Part shown: positions 42,782 to 51,925 of the stretch, one piece after another
Layout: every line of letters begins with the position of its first letter
How positions within the stretch are numbered: the stretch's first letter is position 1
DNA from: a virus
Taxonomy: Duplodnaviria > Caudoviricetes
Reading direction: 5' to 3' (one strand)
Length of the DNA stretch: 64,000 nt
IMG/VR virus record: IMGVR_UViG_3300032272_000010
Coordinates: 5,733-69,732 of that record
The notes under the pieces: generated by a model
Told to the model about the DNA's origin: nothing
What the model saw: only the letters and a program-made list of their open reading frames with translations
Database searches by the model: none
Made by a program: the position numbers and the translations under genes

Positions 42782-43173
42782 AGGTCACCTTTTGTTTCGT
42801 GATAGGATACTCTGAGTACGCTGATAGGGCAATCGGCAGTGTGTTCTACAGACCCACATAACTGGCAGTGTGGGTCTTCCTTGGGGCACAGTGTACCTAA
42901 ACCTCTAGCAAGCTCCATACCAGCGCGTGTGCGCTCTTCTTTAGCGACTAAAAGTCCCTGAGAGAACGTGGGATCTTCCCCTATCGCCTCGCAAAACATG
43001 CCGTAAACTGCAACAATGTCATGGACTTCTCTACGAAGCTCTTGAAAGTTGTTGTAATTCTTTTTAGGGCCTTTGTCTTTAAGCCCAAATCGACTTATCT
43101 TACCTACTGCTTGCGATACTTCACCGACCTCCTCTCCTATACATGCCAAGAGGTGTTCTGGAACTGTGTTCAT
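42778..43173 (-). CDS. MazG-like all-alpha NTP pyrophosphohydrolase with C-terminal Cys/His cluster
   Basis: EEVGEVSQAVGK.SRFG...EVHD; C-terminal HCQLC...HTADC. Confidence 0.6.
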   Translation of the reverse strand: MNTVPEHLLACIGEEVGEVSQAVGKISRFGLKDKGPKKNYNNFQELRREVHDIVAVYGMFCEAIGEDPTFSQGLLVAKEERTRAGMELARGLGTLCPKEDPHCQLCGSVEHTADCPISVLRVSYHETKGDL

Positions 43174-43445
43174 ACGTCTATCTCCAGTTGTGGACTATCT
43201 AGCCCAGGTATGTCAAACAACTCGCCATCTTCGAAGTGTCGCCTAGCTTTGTTAGAGTAGTACATTACTTCACCACACTGGGTGCATCTATACCTGTGCG
43301 TGTCAACGTCCTCTGTCGTGGGGGTGGAGCCTGACTCCCATATAGAAGGCCCCTCATCGAAGCCATCCAGTGCCCATTCAACAGGATCGTGAAAAGGATT
43401 ATCTACCCATTCACCTGACTGCTCACTGTGCGTACACTTGCTCAT
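43170..43445 (-). CDS. Small Zn-binding hypothetical protein
   Basis: CxH...RCTQCGE. Confidence 0.5.
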   Translation of the reverse strand: MSKCTHSEQSGEWVDNPFHDPVEWALDGFDEGPSIWESGSTPTTEDVDTHRYRCTQCGEVMYYSNKARRHFEDGELFDIPGLDSPQLEIDV

Positions 43446-44014
43446 GAGTACAACTCGAGGACACTGGAAGTGTCTTCCAAAGAGTCCATGTGGTTAGCCA
43501 CTAATTGATGTACTTCTGAGTCACGTCCTGACATAGTCAATAGCGCCAGTGAGGCTGGGCAGAAGTATTGGATATTGTTAGTGATAGCATAGGTTACTGT
43601 CACACCTACAAGCAGGTCTGCAAGCGACTCTAGAGATCCTGCTTTACGGCGCACGTAGACCAGTTCAAGGAAGATGTCGCTTATCTGCTTTCGCTGCTCT
43701 TCAGTTGCTTCAGACTTCTCTAGCGACTCCTCGACTTTGTCGTAGAGGGCTTCGAATTGGCACTGGTGGCTCGGGTAGAGACCATAGGCATCACTGCGTA
43801 CAAGGTAATCACCAACACTAACTTCGCGATGTCCTGCTAATGATCCGCAGTAGAGCTCTCCACTGACCTTGGAACGCCATACGCTGCCTTCCACTCCTCT
43901 AGCACCCTTCCAGGCCTCACGTAACCATTCTGGCCAAATAGCCTCACATGCGATGCCCTCCTCAGTCATATGGAAGGCCTCAACAACAACTCTTTTGTTC
44001 GTAAATTTACTCAT
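43442..44014 (-). CDS. Hypothetical phage protein (N-terminal KF..K.VVVEA..., V.VGDYLV family)
   Basis: Recognisable common phage N-terminal domain; function unknown. Confidence 0.5.
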   Translation of the reverse strand: MSKFTNKRVVVEAFHMTEEGIACEAIWPEWLREAWKGARGVEGSVWRSKVSGELYCGSLAGHREVSVGDYLVRSDAYGLYPSHQCQFEALYDKVEESLEKSEATEEQRKQISDIFLELVYVRRKAGSLESLADLLVGVTVTYAITNNIQYFCPASLALLTMSGRDSEVHQLVANHMDSLEDTSSVLELYS

Positions 44015-44034
44015 ACATGTTCCTATAGTTTAAT

Positions 44035-44655
44035 TCAAGATACGCTTTCATTAAAATCGATTGCCATCTGTTTAGCATCTCCTAAAGTCTTCGCAGTCCA
44101 CTCACCACGTCCAAATGACTCGGGGTAGGGTGTGAATATACCGCTCAGTGTGTTACGCAGCTTCTTGTTCGGCAACTTGTCAGAGTACCGCCACTCTATA
44201 TAGACACCCTTCTCGAATTTCCCAGAAGGCACTGAGACCTGTTCGGCTTCCCCTGGTGCTGTAGGCTGACTATCCATAATCTCTTGGGGCGTGTGTACGC
44301 CTCTGACAATCTCGCGGTGTTCCTCATCCCAGAACTCTAGCAAGCTTTCTAGAAAATCTTCCTTGTTTTCTGGCAGGTAGTGGCAGTCACCTCTTTGACA
44401 GGTTGCGCCTACACAGAAACCCTTGATTGCCCTGTGGCTCCAACCGTACCACTTGTTGTCCTTGAGACTGAACCCTACGCCGTGGGTAAGCTCTTCTGTG
44501 ATTTCTCGGTTGGCTAAGAATTCTACGTTTTCTTCCATTCCTACCCGCGTTATGTAGCTCCCGTCGAATTTACTGTAATACACCTTTCCGTTGTCGTCGG
44601 GTATTTCGCTGTCGCTTATATAAGCGACCTTTCCAAGCCATTCTGATACGTCCAT
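44035..44655 (-). CDS. Hypothetical phage protein
   Basis: 206 aa with WYGWSHRAI.GF motif. Confidence 0.6.
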   Translation of the reverse strand: MDVSEWLGKVAYISDSEIPDDNGKVYYSKFDGSYITRVGMEENVEFLANREITEELTHGVGFSLKDNKWYGWSHRAIKGFCVGATCQRGDCHYLPENKEDFLESLLEFWDEEHREIVRGVHTPQEIMDSQPTAPGEAEQVSVPSGKFEKGVYIEWRYSDKLPNKKLRNTLSGIFTPYPESFGRGEWTAKTLGDAKQMAIDFNESVS

Positions 44656-44659
44656 CGTC

Positions 44660-45019
44660 TTATCCTCCCGTTATTTGTACATGTGGCCAGCCCAGAGGCA
44701 GTTCACAGTTAGCTGGTGCTCCTGCAAACAAGGGCGCTATTTCTGACTCTCTGAAACCCGCCAGTCCACAACCTACCTTAGTTACTTGGAAAGTTTCATG
44801 AGGATTCAGCTTAGCGTGCTCTATAAAGGTATCAACGCTTATCTTGATATCAATCAGCCTACGTGGCCTCAGAGCTCTGTCCTTTGTCGGAAGCGCATAT
44901 GCGTCACCTGTCCTGCCCTCACCACACCCATACACAGCCCCTTTATGAAGCTTAGCAAAAAGTGCTGCACTTTTGCCGTGACGCCCTGCAAGATTGCTGC
45001 CAAATACAAATACCTTCAT
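44660..45019 (-). CDS. Macrodomain-like protein (A1S_2505-type)
   Basis: VFVFGSNLAGRHG..AA...YALPTK...F.VT.VGCGLAG motifs. Confidence 0.65.
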   Translation of the reverse strand: MKVFVFGSNLAGRHGKSAALFAKLHKGAVYGCGEGRTGDAYALPTKDRALRPRRLIDIKISVDTFIEHAKLNPHETFQVTKVGCGLAGFRESEIAPLFAGAPANCELPLGWPHVQITGG

Positions 45020-45450
45020 AAAAGATCCTCCTGAAACTCTGCTATCAACTTCTTATACTTAGCCAGCGTAGCAGGTCTTGCTGATTTTAAGAAGGCTATC
45101 GCTAGCTCTTCATGCAGGTCAGTCCGCGCAATGAGCCTTTCTATGACTGTACCGCAGGTTACTACGGGGGCAGACCAAGAGCTCCCCCAAATGGACTCTC
45201 GTAGAGCTATCGCTTCCACGCCGCGTACGGCTATCCAGCCCATGTTCATAGTTCGCGTCAGTATCATAACCTCTAAAGCATCTATGTTTTCCTCAGTTGT
45301 GAGTTCAGACAAATACGGCTGCAGTGCCGTAAACAAGCGGGGGACATTCCTGTCACCGTGGTTCTTGTTTGTTTTAAAAGACTTCACTGCAGCCCTCATA
45401 TTCACACCTACGGAAGGTGCCGTTTCTGTTTTAACCGTCATGCTCTTCAA
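45016..45450 (-). CDS. Hypothetical protein
   Basis: ORF on the coding strand; probable start MTVKTE. Confidence 0.55.
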   Translation of the reverse strand: MKSMTVKTETAPSVGVNMRAAVKSFKTNKNHGDRNVPRLFTALQPYLSELTTEENIDALEVMILTRTMNMGWIAVRGVEAIALRESIWGSSWSAPVVTCGTVIERLIARTDLHEELAIAFLKSARPATLAKYKKLIAEFQEDLL

Positions 45451-45718
45451 GCGACCACCTTAAATAAGTGAAAAACTAGTACTTGAGACGTCGACACTTG
45501 AAACGTGCCTATATACTTCTTGTCTTCTGGAGCAAGTACTAACACCCCAGTGCCGATAATTGAAAATGTCCTCATCTCTTTTTGACGGGATGGGTCAACA
45601 AGCGCCCATAGGCAGGGACATCTTCCTGAAGCTGCACTGTAAGAATCTCAGCCCCAGCAGGCATCGCTAGTCCAAAAAGACCAGGGGTGTCAAGCTCATA
45701 CTTCCAGATAGTCTTCAT
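45447..45718 (-). pseudogene. Frameshifted conserved phage protein (MKTIWKY...P.LWALVDP...GTG...YIGTFQ...VFHLF)
   Basis: The N-terminal frame ends early; the C-terminal half is in another frame and is restored by one extra C in the C run at 45615-45617. Confidence 0.7.
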
Positions 45719-45858
45719 CAGGAACCTCCTAAGCTTATAGACACGTTGTTGAAAAGCCATATCAGGCCTTCGACGAGCGCCCAGCCGACAGCGGCACTAA
45801 CAACCACCGTAACCATCATGACGCCTAGGAATAGCCTCTCAAGGTTTTTATCAAACAT
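45718..45858 (-). CDS. Small single-TM protein (46 aa, missing from the ORF track)
   Basis: MFDKNLERLFLGVMMVTVVVSAAVGWALVEGLIWLF...; its stop overlaps the next ATG. Confidence 0.5.
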   Translation of the reverse strand: MFDKNLERLFLGVMMVTVVVSAAVGWALVEGLIWLFNNVSISLGGS

Positions 45859-45924
45859 GTCGAATGCCCTCTTTGTTTACAACTTGCATACTTTTTCAAA
45901 CCTCTTCTATTTGGATTGCGCATC

Positions 45925-46047
45925 TCAGCAGCCGCTCAGCAACCACAAGAAAGCCGCTACTAGCGCTAAACTGACCACTCCGGCAACAACTGACCAGCTG
46001 AATATAAGTGCGACCAGTACTATCTTTTCGAAAACTTTTTCAAGCAT
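45925..46047 (-). CDS. Small hydrophobic protein (40 aa, missing from the ORF track)
   Basis: MLEKVFEKIVLVALIFSWSVVAGVVSLALVAAFLWLLSGC; AAGGAG RBS. Confidence 0.5.
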   Translation of the reverse strand: MLEKVFEKIVLVALIFSWSVVAGVVSLALVAAFLWLLSGC

Positions 46048-46228
46048 CCCCAACTCCTTTGACTACATAGCCATCCTCGCATTCCGCGTTAAATCTGACC
46101 AGATCGAAGTGAATTGCATGTAAGCCTCCATGTGTCTCACAACCTTTCAAAGCCCCTTTAACCTCATTAGGGCCTACGCAGCAACCGCCCAGCATTAGAG
46201 CACTCGCCATGAGCTAGTTACAGCTTTT

Positions 46229-46585
46229 CTACTTGTCATTAGAGGTGTCTCCTGGATACACAGTGTCCGAAGGTATTCCGAAGTATTTGTGCCAGAAAGC
46301 CTTCTTGTGGGCCACAACTTCAACGGCTGTCAAAGATCTTCCGTGCAGCGCTCTAACAGCCATTGTAAGTGAAGTTGGAGGCCACTTTCGACTCACTCTT
46401 AAGTCTGTATAGTCTACCATGGCGTCTTCGATATCTTTGATAGCGCGATCGCTGACCTCTTTATTGCACGTATAGGCTGCCAGCATAACACACATGAAGA
46501 TCTTCCCTGAGGGCTGTTCACCATCCCACGGCGCAGGGTCATAACCATCAGCAATGGCTTTCTTGATTAATTTCCTAGTTTTCAT
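46229..46585 (-). CDS. Paralog family B, copy 4
   Basis: LIKKAI...IFMC...KKAFWHKYFGIPSDTVY. Confidence 0.7.
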   Translation of the reverse strand: MKTRKLIKKAIADGYDPAPWDGEQPSGKIFMCVMLAAYTCNKEVSDRAIKDIEDAMVDYTDLRVSRKWPPTSLTMAVRALHGRSLTAVEVVAHKKAFWHKYFGIPSDTVYPGDTSNDK

Positions 46586-46609
46586 AAAGTCTCCTTTGGT
46601 CGGTCTGCT

Positions 46610-46909
46610 TCACTCGCTATGGTACTCCCGCAGTATCGCGCTACATCTGCTATGCACAGCGCCTATACTTAGCCCAGTGGAGCGGCAATGGTGCAAGTGT
46701 ACAGGGTGCTTGAAAAAGTTGGGAGGAAACCGTAGAAGGTTGATATACTTACTTGAGGCAGCCTTAGCCGGAGCCCCTTTCAGAGCCTCGCCACAGTACC
46801 AACACAAACCCTCCTGCTTCTCTATGTAAAGCTCTCGAGCTGTTTCCATAGTCGTCCAGTTAGCTGTTTCGTAGTTGATCGGCAGCTTTATAGAGGCCGT
46901 TTTCATCAT
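46610..46909 (-). CDS. Endonuclease VII-like / HNH-type Zn nuclease
   Basis: CWYC...HLHHCRSTG...HSRC resembles the EndoVII CxxC...DHCH.TG...C pattern. Confidence 0.55.
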   Translation of the reverse strand: MMKTASIKLPINYETANWTTMETARELYIEKQEGLCWYCGEALKGAPAKAASSKYINLLRFPPNFFKHPVHLHHCRSTGLSIGAVHSRCSAILREYHSE

Positions 46910-47172
46910 AGATACTCCATCTCACTTAAAAAGAGTGTCTTAGCCACCTCACAAAGGGTCAAGCACTCACTCATCTTCATACCTGCTTGCATGAAACTCA
47001 CGCTGTATTGCCCATCGTCATCCAGGGCTAGTATCAGCAGCTTCTTGCCGTTCTTGAAGGCACCTCTCTCCCCAATCTCCTTAGAGGCAGCTTCTAGTAC
47101 CTGTGAAGGCGACTGAAAGCCTGCATCACCTGTAGCCTCCGAGAGACTTATAATCTTTCCATCATCGCTCAT
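46906..47172 (-). CDS. Hypothetical protein
   Basis: 88-aa ORF with 4-nt overlap. Confidence 0.55.
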   Translation of the reverse strand: MSDDGKIISLSEATGDAGFQSPSQVLEAASKEIGERGAFKNGKKLLILALDDDGQYSVSFMQAGMKMSECLTLCEVAKTLFLSEMEYL

Positions 47173-47199
47173 AAATAGACCTCAATGTTCTTGCAGTGT

Positions 47200-47604
47200 T
47201 TACCATTTCACCTCAAAAATCACAACGCCATCTACTATTGCGTCTTTACAGGCCTCCGAAATCAACCTACTAGCCTCTGTCATAGCGCCCTCCGAGGCCA
47301 GACGGTATCTTAAGAGCGCCCCCTGCTCAAAACTCTGGGCACGGCAGTGTTGTATAACCTCTCTCCATACAGCGCTACGTCCACCAGGTACATCGTCTGT
47401 AAGCTTATATAGTGTAAGCAGGTCTACAACTTTGAGTATTTTATACGGTGCTGACCCTTCGTGGTCAAACTGCGATATAAAGTGCTCCTTAAAATCAGCC
47501 ATTGTACAGTCTTCTGCATCTTGCTCGCGCTTCAACGCTTCAAAAAGCAGCTCATTGAGCTCTTCGGTATTCATAGTTAATCCTCTTTCATCTAATTCAC
47601 ACAT
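47200..47604 (-). CDS. Hypothetical protein
   Basis: ORF on the coding strand. Confidence 0.55.
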   Translation of the reverse strand: MCELDERGLTMNTEELNELLFEALKREQDAEDCTMADFKEHFISQFDHEGSAPYKILKVVDLLTLYKLTDDVPGGRSAVWREVIQHCRAQSFEQGALLRYRLASEGAMTEASRLISEACKDAIVDGVVIFEVKW

Positions 47605-47830
47605 CGTCTTTCCAACCCTCCGCTTTGTACCACTTAAGTAGCTCAGTGGGTTTATAAAAGCGAAGCCCTCTCTTTATGAACACAGGTACTGGTTTCTTCT
47701 TAGCCTCTCTAATATGTTTGGTGACGGTTCGGTAAGGTACGTTTAGAAATTCAGACAACTCTTTAATAGTTACCAAGGGTGATTTATGCTCACCCACCCT
47801 CTCCTGATCCTTCCTGATCTTGTTGTTCAT
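47597..47830 (-). CDS. Excisionase-like HTH DNA-binding protein
   Basis: LVTIKELSEFLNVPYRTV...RFY...ELLKW pattern. Confidence 0.55.
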   Translation of the reverse strand: MNNKIRKDQERVGEHKSPLVTIKELSEFLNVPYRTVTKHIREAKKKPVPVFIKRGLRFYKPTELLKWYKAEGWKDDV

Positions 47831-47837
47831 TAAGGCC

Positions 47838-48158
47838 TCACAGCATATCTATAAGCTTCATAAAGGCTACTTCAGTCGGCTTCAGATACTGCATGTAGGC
47901 TTTCATGCTGAAGTAGCCGAGACCTGCCAGGGCAGAACATAAAGATAAACCCGTAAAAAGGTTTATTGAACCTTTTCGATGGCAATGCCAAGCTGCTACA
48001 GTACACAAGAAGATAACTGCACTGACCAACATCGCGAGCCTCCAAAGTGCTTCTGACTCTGTGTTGGCAATAAGGGCATCCCATAGAAGCTGAGGGGGCA
48101 ACCCCAAGTCTTTAGAAACCGCTATTAAAATACCCTCTGCAAATTCTCTATCACTCAT
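47838..48158 (-). CDS. Two-TM membrane protein
   Basis: Two hydrophobic segments. Confidence 0.55.
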   Translation of the reverse strand: MSDREFAEGILIAVSKDLGLPPQLLWDALIANTESEALWRLAMLVSAVIFLCTVAAWHCHRKGSINLFTGLSLCSALAGLGYFSMKAYMQYLKPTEVAFMKLIDML

Positions 48159-48178
48159 CGTGAGCTCCTTTTAAAATG

Positions 48179-48358
48179 TCAATCAAGAAATACTATGGAG
48201 TTATCACAGACAGGGCAATCTACTACCGGTACCCATACACTCCCATCCCATTCAGTCTTGGTTCTATCCACGCTACCATCCGGCAACTCTATATTAGGCT
48301 TTTCAATCTTGTCTGCGTCTAGTATCACACCGCAGCTGTTGCAACTCATCAATTTCAT
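48179..48358 (-). CDS. Zn-ribbon protein (59 aa, missing from the ORF track)
   Basis: CNSC...CPVC; GGAG RBS. Confidence 0.6.
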   Translation of the reverse strand: MKLMSCNSCGVILDADKIEKPNIELPDGSVDRTKTEWDGSVWVPVVDCPVCDNSIVFLD

Positions 48359-48720
48359 TTACATCTCCAATATAGACTGTGCCTAGAGGCACTCCAAAAT
48401 ATTCATGCCAGAAGCTCTTCTTTAGCATACGCATAGCCGCCGAGTCAACGTCTACTCCTTTTTTGAACATGCAATATCCCTGCCAGACTAAGAAGATCTT
48501 CGCACTCAGGGTCGCCAAAAAGCTCTCGAAGAGCTTTTCGAATATCGCTAGATGCGCAACTAAGCGTCTCCTGACTTATCAATCCCTGCTCTTTCAACCT
48601 GAGCAACGCCATACACATTAAGGTGGATTGGGTGGGGTCATAGCCTGATAAAAGCGTTGGTTTCAGAGTGTAAGTCCTGGATATCGCGAACAGTATTGCA
48701 TCTTTAGTTTGCATAGCCAT
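48303..48720 (-). pseudogene. Paralog family B, copy 5, split by a frameshift in an A6 run
   Basis: N-terminal half KDAILFAI...LMC is in 48445..48735, C-terminal half MRMLKKSFWHEYFGVPLGTVY is in 48303..48518; joined by removing one A at 48459-48464. Confidence 0.7.
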
Positions 48721-48800
48721 CTTACACCACCCCAAAGAATTCTAAGACTTCTACGCGGCCTACAGGTTTGTTTTCAATCCAATAGGGGTTGACCTTTATA

Positions 48801-49145
48801 TTAATCAATCGGGATCTCCTTGAGACAACGGCCCTGAAAAACAATTCGCGGGTCGGGGCGGCCTCTGTTAAAGTTTATTAATATGTTCTCGACAGATGAA
48901 ACGTACTTTGGCGGGTGGAACCTCTCCTTAACCTCTGCGGCATCCATGTTGAAGGTGTTTCCAGCATCTGTGATGATTAAGTATAACAAATCTCCTGTGT
49001 GTCTGCTGTAGCCTATATCAAGTATGTGAGCGTTTCCCGTACGTCTACCGTCTTTAGTTGGCAGATCACAGCCAACCTCTAAAAGCTCAGTGGCTTCTGC
49101 AATAGCCCACTCTGGTATGTACAGCGGCGCAATATCATCACTCAT
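48801..49145 (-). CDS. Hypothetical phage protein
   Basis: LPTKDGRRTGNAHI motif; function unknown. Confidence 0.55.
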   Translation of the reverse strand: MSDDIAPLYIPEWAIAEATELLEVGCDLPTKDGRRTGNAHILDIGYSRHTGDLLYLIITDAGNTFNMDAAEVKERFHPPKYVSSVENILINFNRGRPDPRIVFQGRCLKEIPID

Positions 49146-49527
49146 TGCAATGTTCCTTTGTCACGTGAAAGTCTGAAGCAGCAGGAGGCACTTCACCGGC
49201 TTCTTTGAACAATGTCTGCCAGAAGTTTATCTTGAGGTTAGTCATCTCCTCAGAATCGCCTGCTACACCGTGCAGCTCTCTCAGGAAGTCCTCCAGAGTT
49301 ACCTCCTCGGGCACTACATTCTGTATGAGACATATGGCTTTATCATGGGCATTGATACCGATCTGGCCCCTCCTGGCCATTGAGTGCAGAGCATTGCACA
49401 TAAAAGCTGACCTATCTACGTTAGGGAGGCTAGCGCGACTTATTGAACACACAGTATATCTGGTTGCGATAGCTGCGCGCAGAGCATCATGACCTGTGTG
49501 TATTGTGTCAATGTTTTTAGGATTCAA
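49138..49527 (-). CDS. Paralog family B, copy 6 (divergent)
   Basis: DALRAAI...AFMCNAL...MTNLKINFW. Confidence 0.6.
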   Translation of the reverse strand: MNPKNIDTIHTGHDALRAAIATRYTVCSISRASLPNVDRSAFMCNALHSMARRGQIGINAHDKAICLIQNVVPEEVTLEDFLRELHGVAGDSEEMTNLKINFWQTLFKEAGEVPPAASDFHVTKEHCNE

Positions 49528-49921
49528 TTTGCAGTCTCCTCATTTCTACCCAATCTTTCAAAAGAGGTATCTCGCTTCCTAGCTGTTGTCTAAGCGCTTC
49601 CGCCTGAGCACTTAATCCCTCAGAATCATTAACATCGTGCAGACGTTGTAAAGTTCTCAGGACGTCTCTGTGCTTGTTCAGGAAGGCCTCATTAGGGCCT
49701 AACGACGCCCTCCTAGGGGCTTCCAGAAGCTGATTCACAGACCCTTGAAAAGTCATCAGGCTTCTCACATCAGGGAGCAACCAACCTACTGCACAGTGGC
49801 GCCCCTCTGAGCCATACAGACAATTGTTGTTATCATTCACACAGCGACCTCCCTGCTGTATCAACTTACCTAAAACCTCGTCCAACACCTCTACTACTGT
49901 CTTACCTTCTGTATTAATCAA
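49517..49921 (-). CDS. Paralog family A, copy 3
   Basis: MINTEGKTVVEV...CLY...HCAVGWLLPD...LQRLHD. Confidence 0.75.
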   Translation of the reverse strand: MINTEGKTVVEVLDEVLGKLIQQGGRCVNDNNNCLYGSEGRHCAVGWLLPDVRSLMTFQGSVNQLLEAPRRASLGPNEAFLNKHRDVLRTLQRLHDVNDSEGLSAQAEALRQQLGSEIPLLKDWVEMRRLQIES

Positions 49922-49940
49922 AATTATAACCTCAGTTAAT

Positions 49941-49967
49941 TAAAGTGCCCCCAGTTACGGGGGCTTT
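49941..49967 (-). terminator. Intrinsic terminator
   Basis: GCCCCC-GTAACT-GGGGGC followed by ACTTTA. Confidence 0.6.
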
Positions 49968-49971
49968 GTAT

Positions 49972-50580
49972 TTAGTGTTGAGTACCAATCTCAGGCACAT
50001 CGAGCTGCATGCGCGTGACCTTAGTCAGCATAGAAGTTCTTGTATTGACGACGTAGTTTATCTTCTCCTCGATAGGCACATCAATATCAATCACCGCATT
50101 GTGCCTCGTAGTGAAATCTTCACGTAACATGTTGCGAAGTCTTCCGAAAGTCTCCTGCAAGGCCACATCGAGGTTGCCGTATACGCGTAGACTTTCACTC
50201 TCCGCGATGGCCTCTTCTGAAGCCTTTGCAATATTCTCGATGAGCAACCCAGGCGGCAGCGCCCTGACTAATAAATAACCCTCACTTGCTGATGAGAAGT
50301 CCATAGCACCGGAATCACCCCCAACACCGCAGTACTTACCAATTGCGTCAAACTGTCTGTTCGCTTCGACAAACAAACCTGCCAACTCTTCAGAGAAGAG
50401 TTCAAAAATTGTGTCAACAATAGCGTCTGCCTTTTCGTCCAACTTAGCTGTTAGGGAGGCGATAGCGGCCATCTGTGCACTTGACAACTTGATTTTTTCT
50501 ACATCACTCATACTAATCTCCAAATTTCCACAAACCACCTTCTTGGTGGTACTTTTTAACCCAACCAGGGGTTGCAGCAT
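49972..50580 (-). CDS. Hypothetical protein
   Basis: ORF on the coding strand; probable start MSDVEK. Confidence 0.55.
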   Translation of the reverse strand: MLQPLVGLKSTTKKVVCGNLEISMSDVEKIKLSSAQMAAIASLTAKLDEKADAIVDTIFELFSEELAGLFVEANRQFDAIGKYCGVGGDSGAMDFSSASEGYLLVRALPPGLLIENIAKASEEAIAESESLRVYGNLDVALQETFGRLRNMLREDFTTRHNAVIDIDVPIEEKINYVVNTRTSMLTKVTRMQLDVPEIGTQH

Positions 50581-50655
50581 AGTACACCCCCTCTTCTACA
50601 TGGACTAGCAATCCCAGCTTTCTAGCAGCAGGTAGCCAAGCCTTGCTCATTGGTT

Positions 50656-51204
50656 CTAGCCTTTTCCTAGAGTTTCGAACCACTCAACAGTCCCTCCTTT
50701 ACGGTAGGTTATGAACAGGCCGCCGTCAGCTGCCCAGTCGTCTATGCACTCTTGAGGGTTCTCGATAATCTGACGACCTGTCCAGACTACGTTGAAGCTA
50801 GGCCAGGAGAGCTCTATTGCCATCACTCTTAGCCCTTCGAAAAGACTGTCGTCTGCTGGGTTGAAGCTAGTCATGGTGTACCCATGCCTGTCAATGTGGA
50901 CAACGTCGTCTGGACCGCTAGCTTTATGTCTAGCTTGAAGCACTGCGATTATGAGATTGTGCCAGTCGCCAGCAATCGTGGAGAAGTGTCGCAGGACACA
51001 CTGTAGCTCTGAGCGAACTCTCACAAGGTCCACAGGGGATATCTTAGACAGATTTCCAGCGATTCTTATTTCGTTAGACAGAGGGTCATAGACAATCTCT
51101 CCACCCAGCTTCCTGAAAAAGGTTCTATTAGCCAAGCCTTTCCCTAAAGCCGGTTTCAAAACTTCGTTACCATAACGGTCGTAGTACTTATCATGTTTAT
51201 TCAT
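50656..51204 (-). CDS. Hypothetical protein
   Basis: 182 aa, AAGGA RBS. Confidence 0.6.
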   Translation of the reverse strand: MNKHDKYYDRYGNEVLKPALGKGLANRTFFRKLGGEIVYDPLSNEIRIAGNLSKISPVDLVRVRSELQCVLRHFSTIAGDWHNLIIAVLQARHKASGPDDVVHIDRHGYTMTSFNPADDSLFEGLRVMAIELSWPSFNVVWTGRQIIENPQECIDDWAADGGLFITYRKGGTVEWFETLGKG

Positions 51205-51220
51205 ACAACTAGTTCCTTAT

Positions 51221-51254
51221 TTTGCGTAAAAATGCCCCCAGTTAAGGGGGCATT
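51221..51254 (-). terminator. Intrinsic terminator
   Basis: AATGCCCCC-TTAACT-GGGGGCATT followed by TTTACGCAAA. Confidence 0.75.
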
Positions 51255-51270
51255 CTGATACTACCAGGTA

Positions 51271-51864
51271 TTACTCAGCTGCAGCTTCAGCGGCTTCAGC
51301 GGCTTCAGCTTTTTCAGCGGCTTTCTTAGCGCGGTAGTCAGCTAGAGCTTTCTGAGCTTTCTCAGAAGGTTCACGCTTCACTTTACCAGCATCATATGCA
51401 GCAATCACAGCTTCTTCATTGTCGATAACCCATTTTGCAAGGTCTTCGTTGTTATCTGAGGCAGCTAGCAACGTGTTCTTAGCAGCTAAGGCTTTCTCTT
51501 CAGGAGTCAAACGACTAACAGTAGGGTAACGGAAAGTGCTAGGCAAATCAGCAGCAGCTTCGGCAAGGAACTTAAGGGCAACATCACCAGCTTCGAATAG
51601 CTCAACAACGCGTTCACATGCTTTAGCAAGCTTCTTCTTGTCAGCTTTCGTAACACGACGAATAGAACCGTGATCGAACGCAGAGGTTACAGAATCTTGG
51701 TTATCCATCAGCCAATTTGACAACTCTTCATTACCGCCTGTAACTGTCTCTAACGCTTCCAAGATCTTTGGACGACGTAAGAAATCCATGGCTTCTGCTT
51801 TTGTGTCAAAAGTTTGGCCGTTTACGGTGAAGGCTTGTTTGATTTCAGGCATTTGTTGTGTCAT
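51271..51864 (-). CDS. Highly expressed-looking helical protein, monocistronic between the putative promoter and a terminator
   Basis: Strong GCT/GCA/AAA codon bias like the capsid gene; GAGGA RBS. Confidence 0.7.
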   Translation of the reverse strand: MTQQMPEIKQAFTVNGQTFDTKAEAMDFLRRPKILEALETVTGGNEELSNWLMDNQDSVTSAFDHGSIRRVTKADKKKLAKACERVVELFEAGDVALKFLAEAAADLPSTFRYPTVSRLTPEEKALAAKNTLLAASDNNEDLAKWVIDNEEAVIAAYDAGKVKREPSEKAQKALADYRAKKAAEKAEAAEAAEAAAE

Positions 51865-51925
51865 TTAGGTACTTCCTCATTATAAAATTCATATGAATCT
51901 GTATTTAAGGGGATTCTCTCATACA

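Noticed and set aside
47597-47830. Evidence of temperate lifestyle from the excisionase-like HTH
   Set aside because: No integrase, repressor or att site is visible in the window; such HTH proteins are common in lytic phages.
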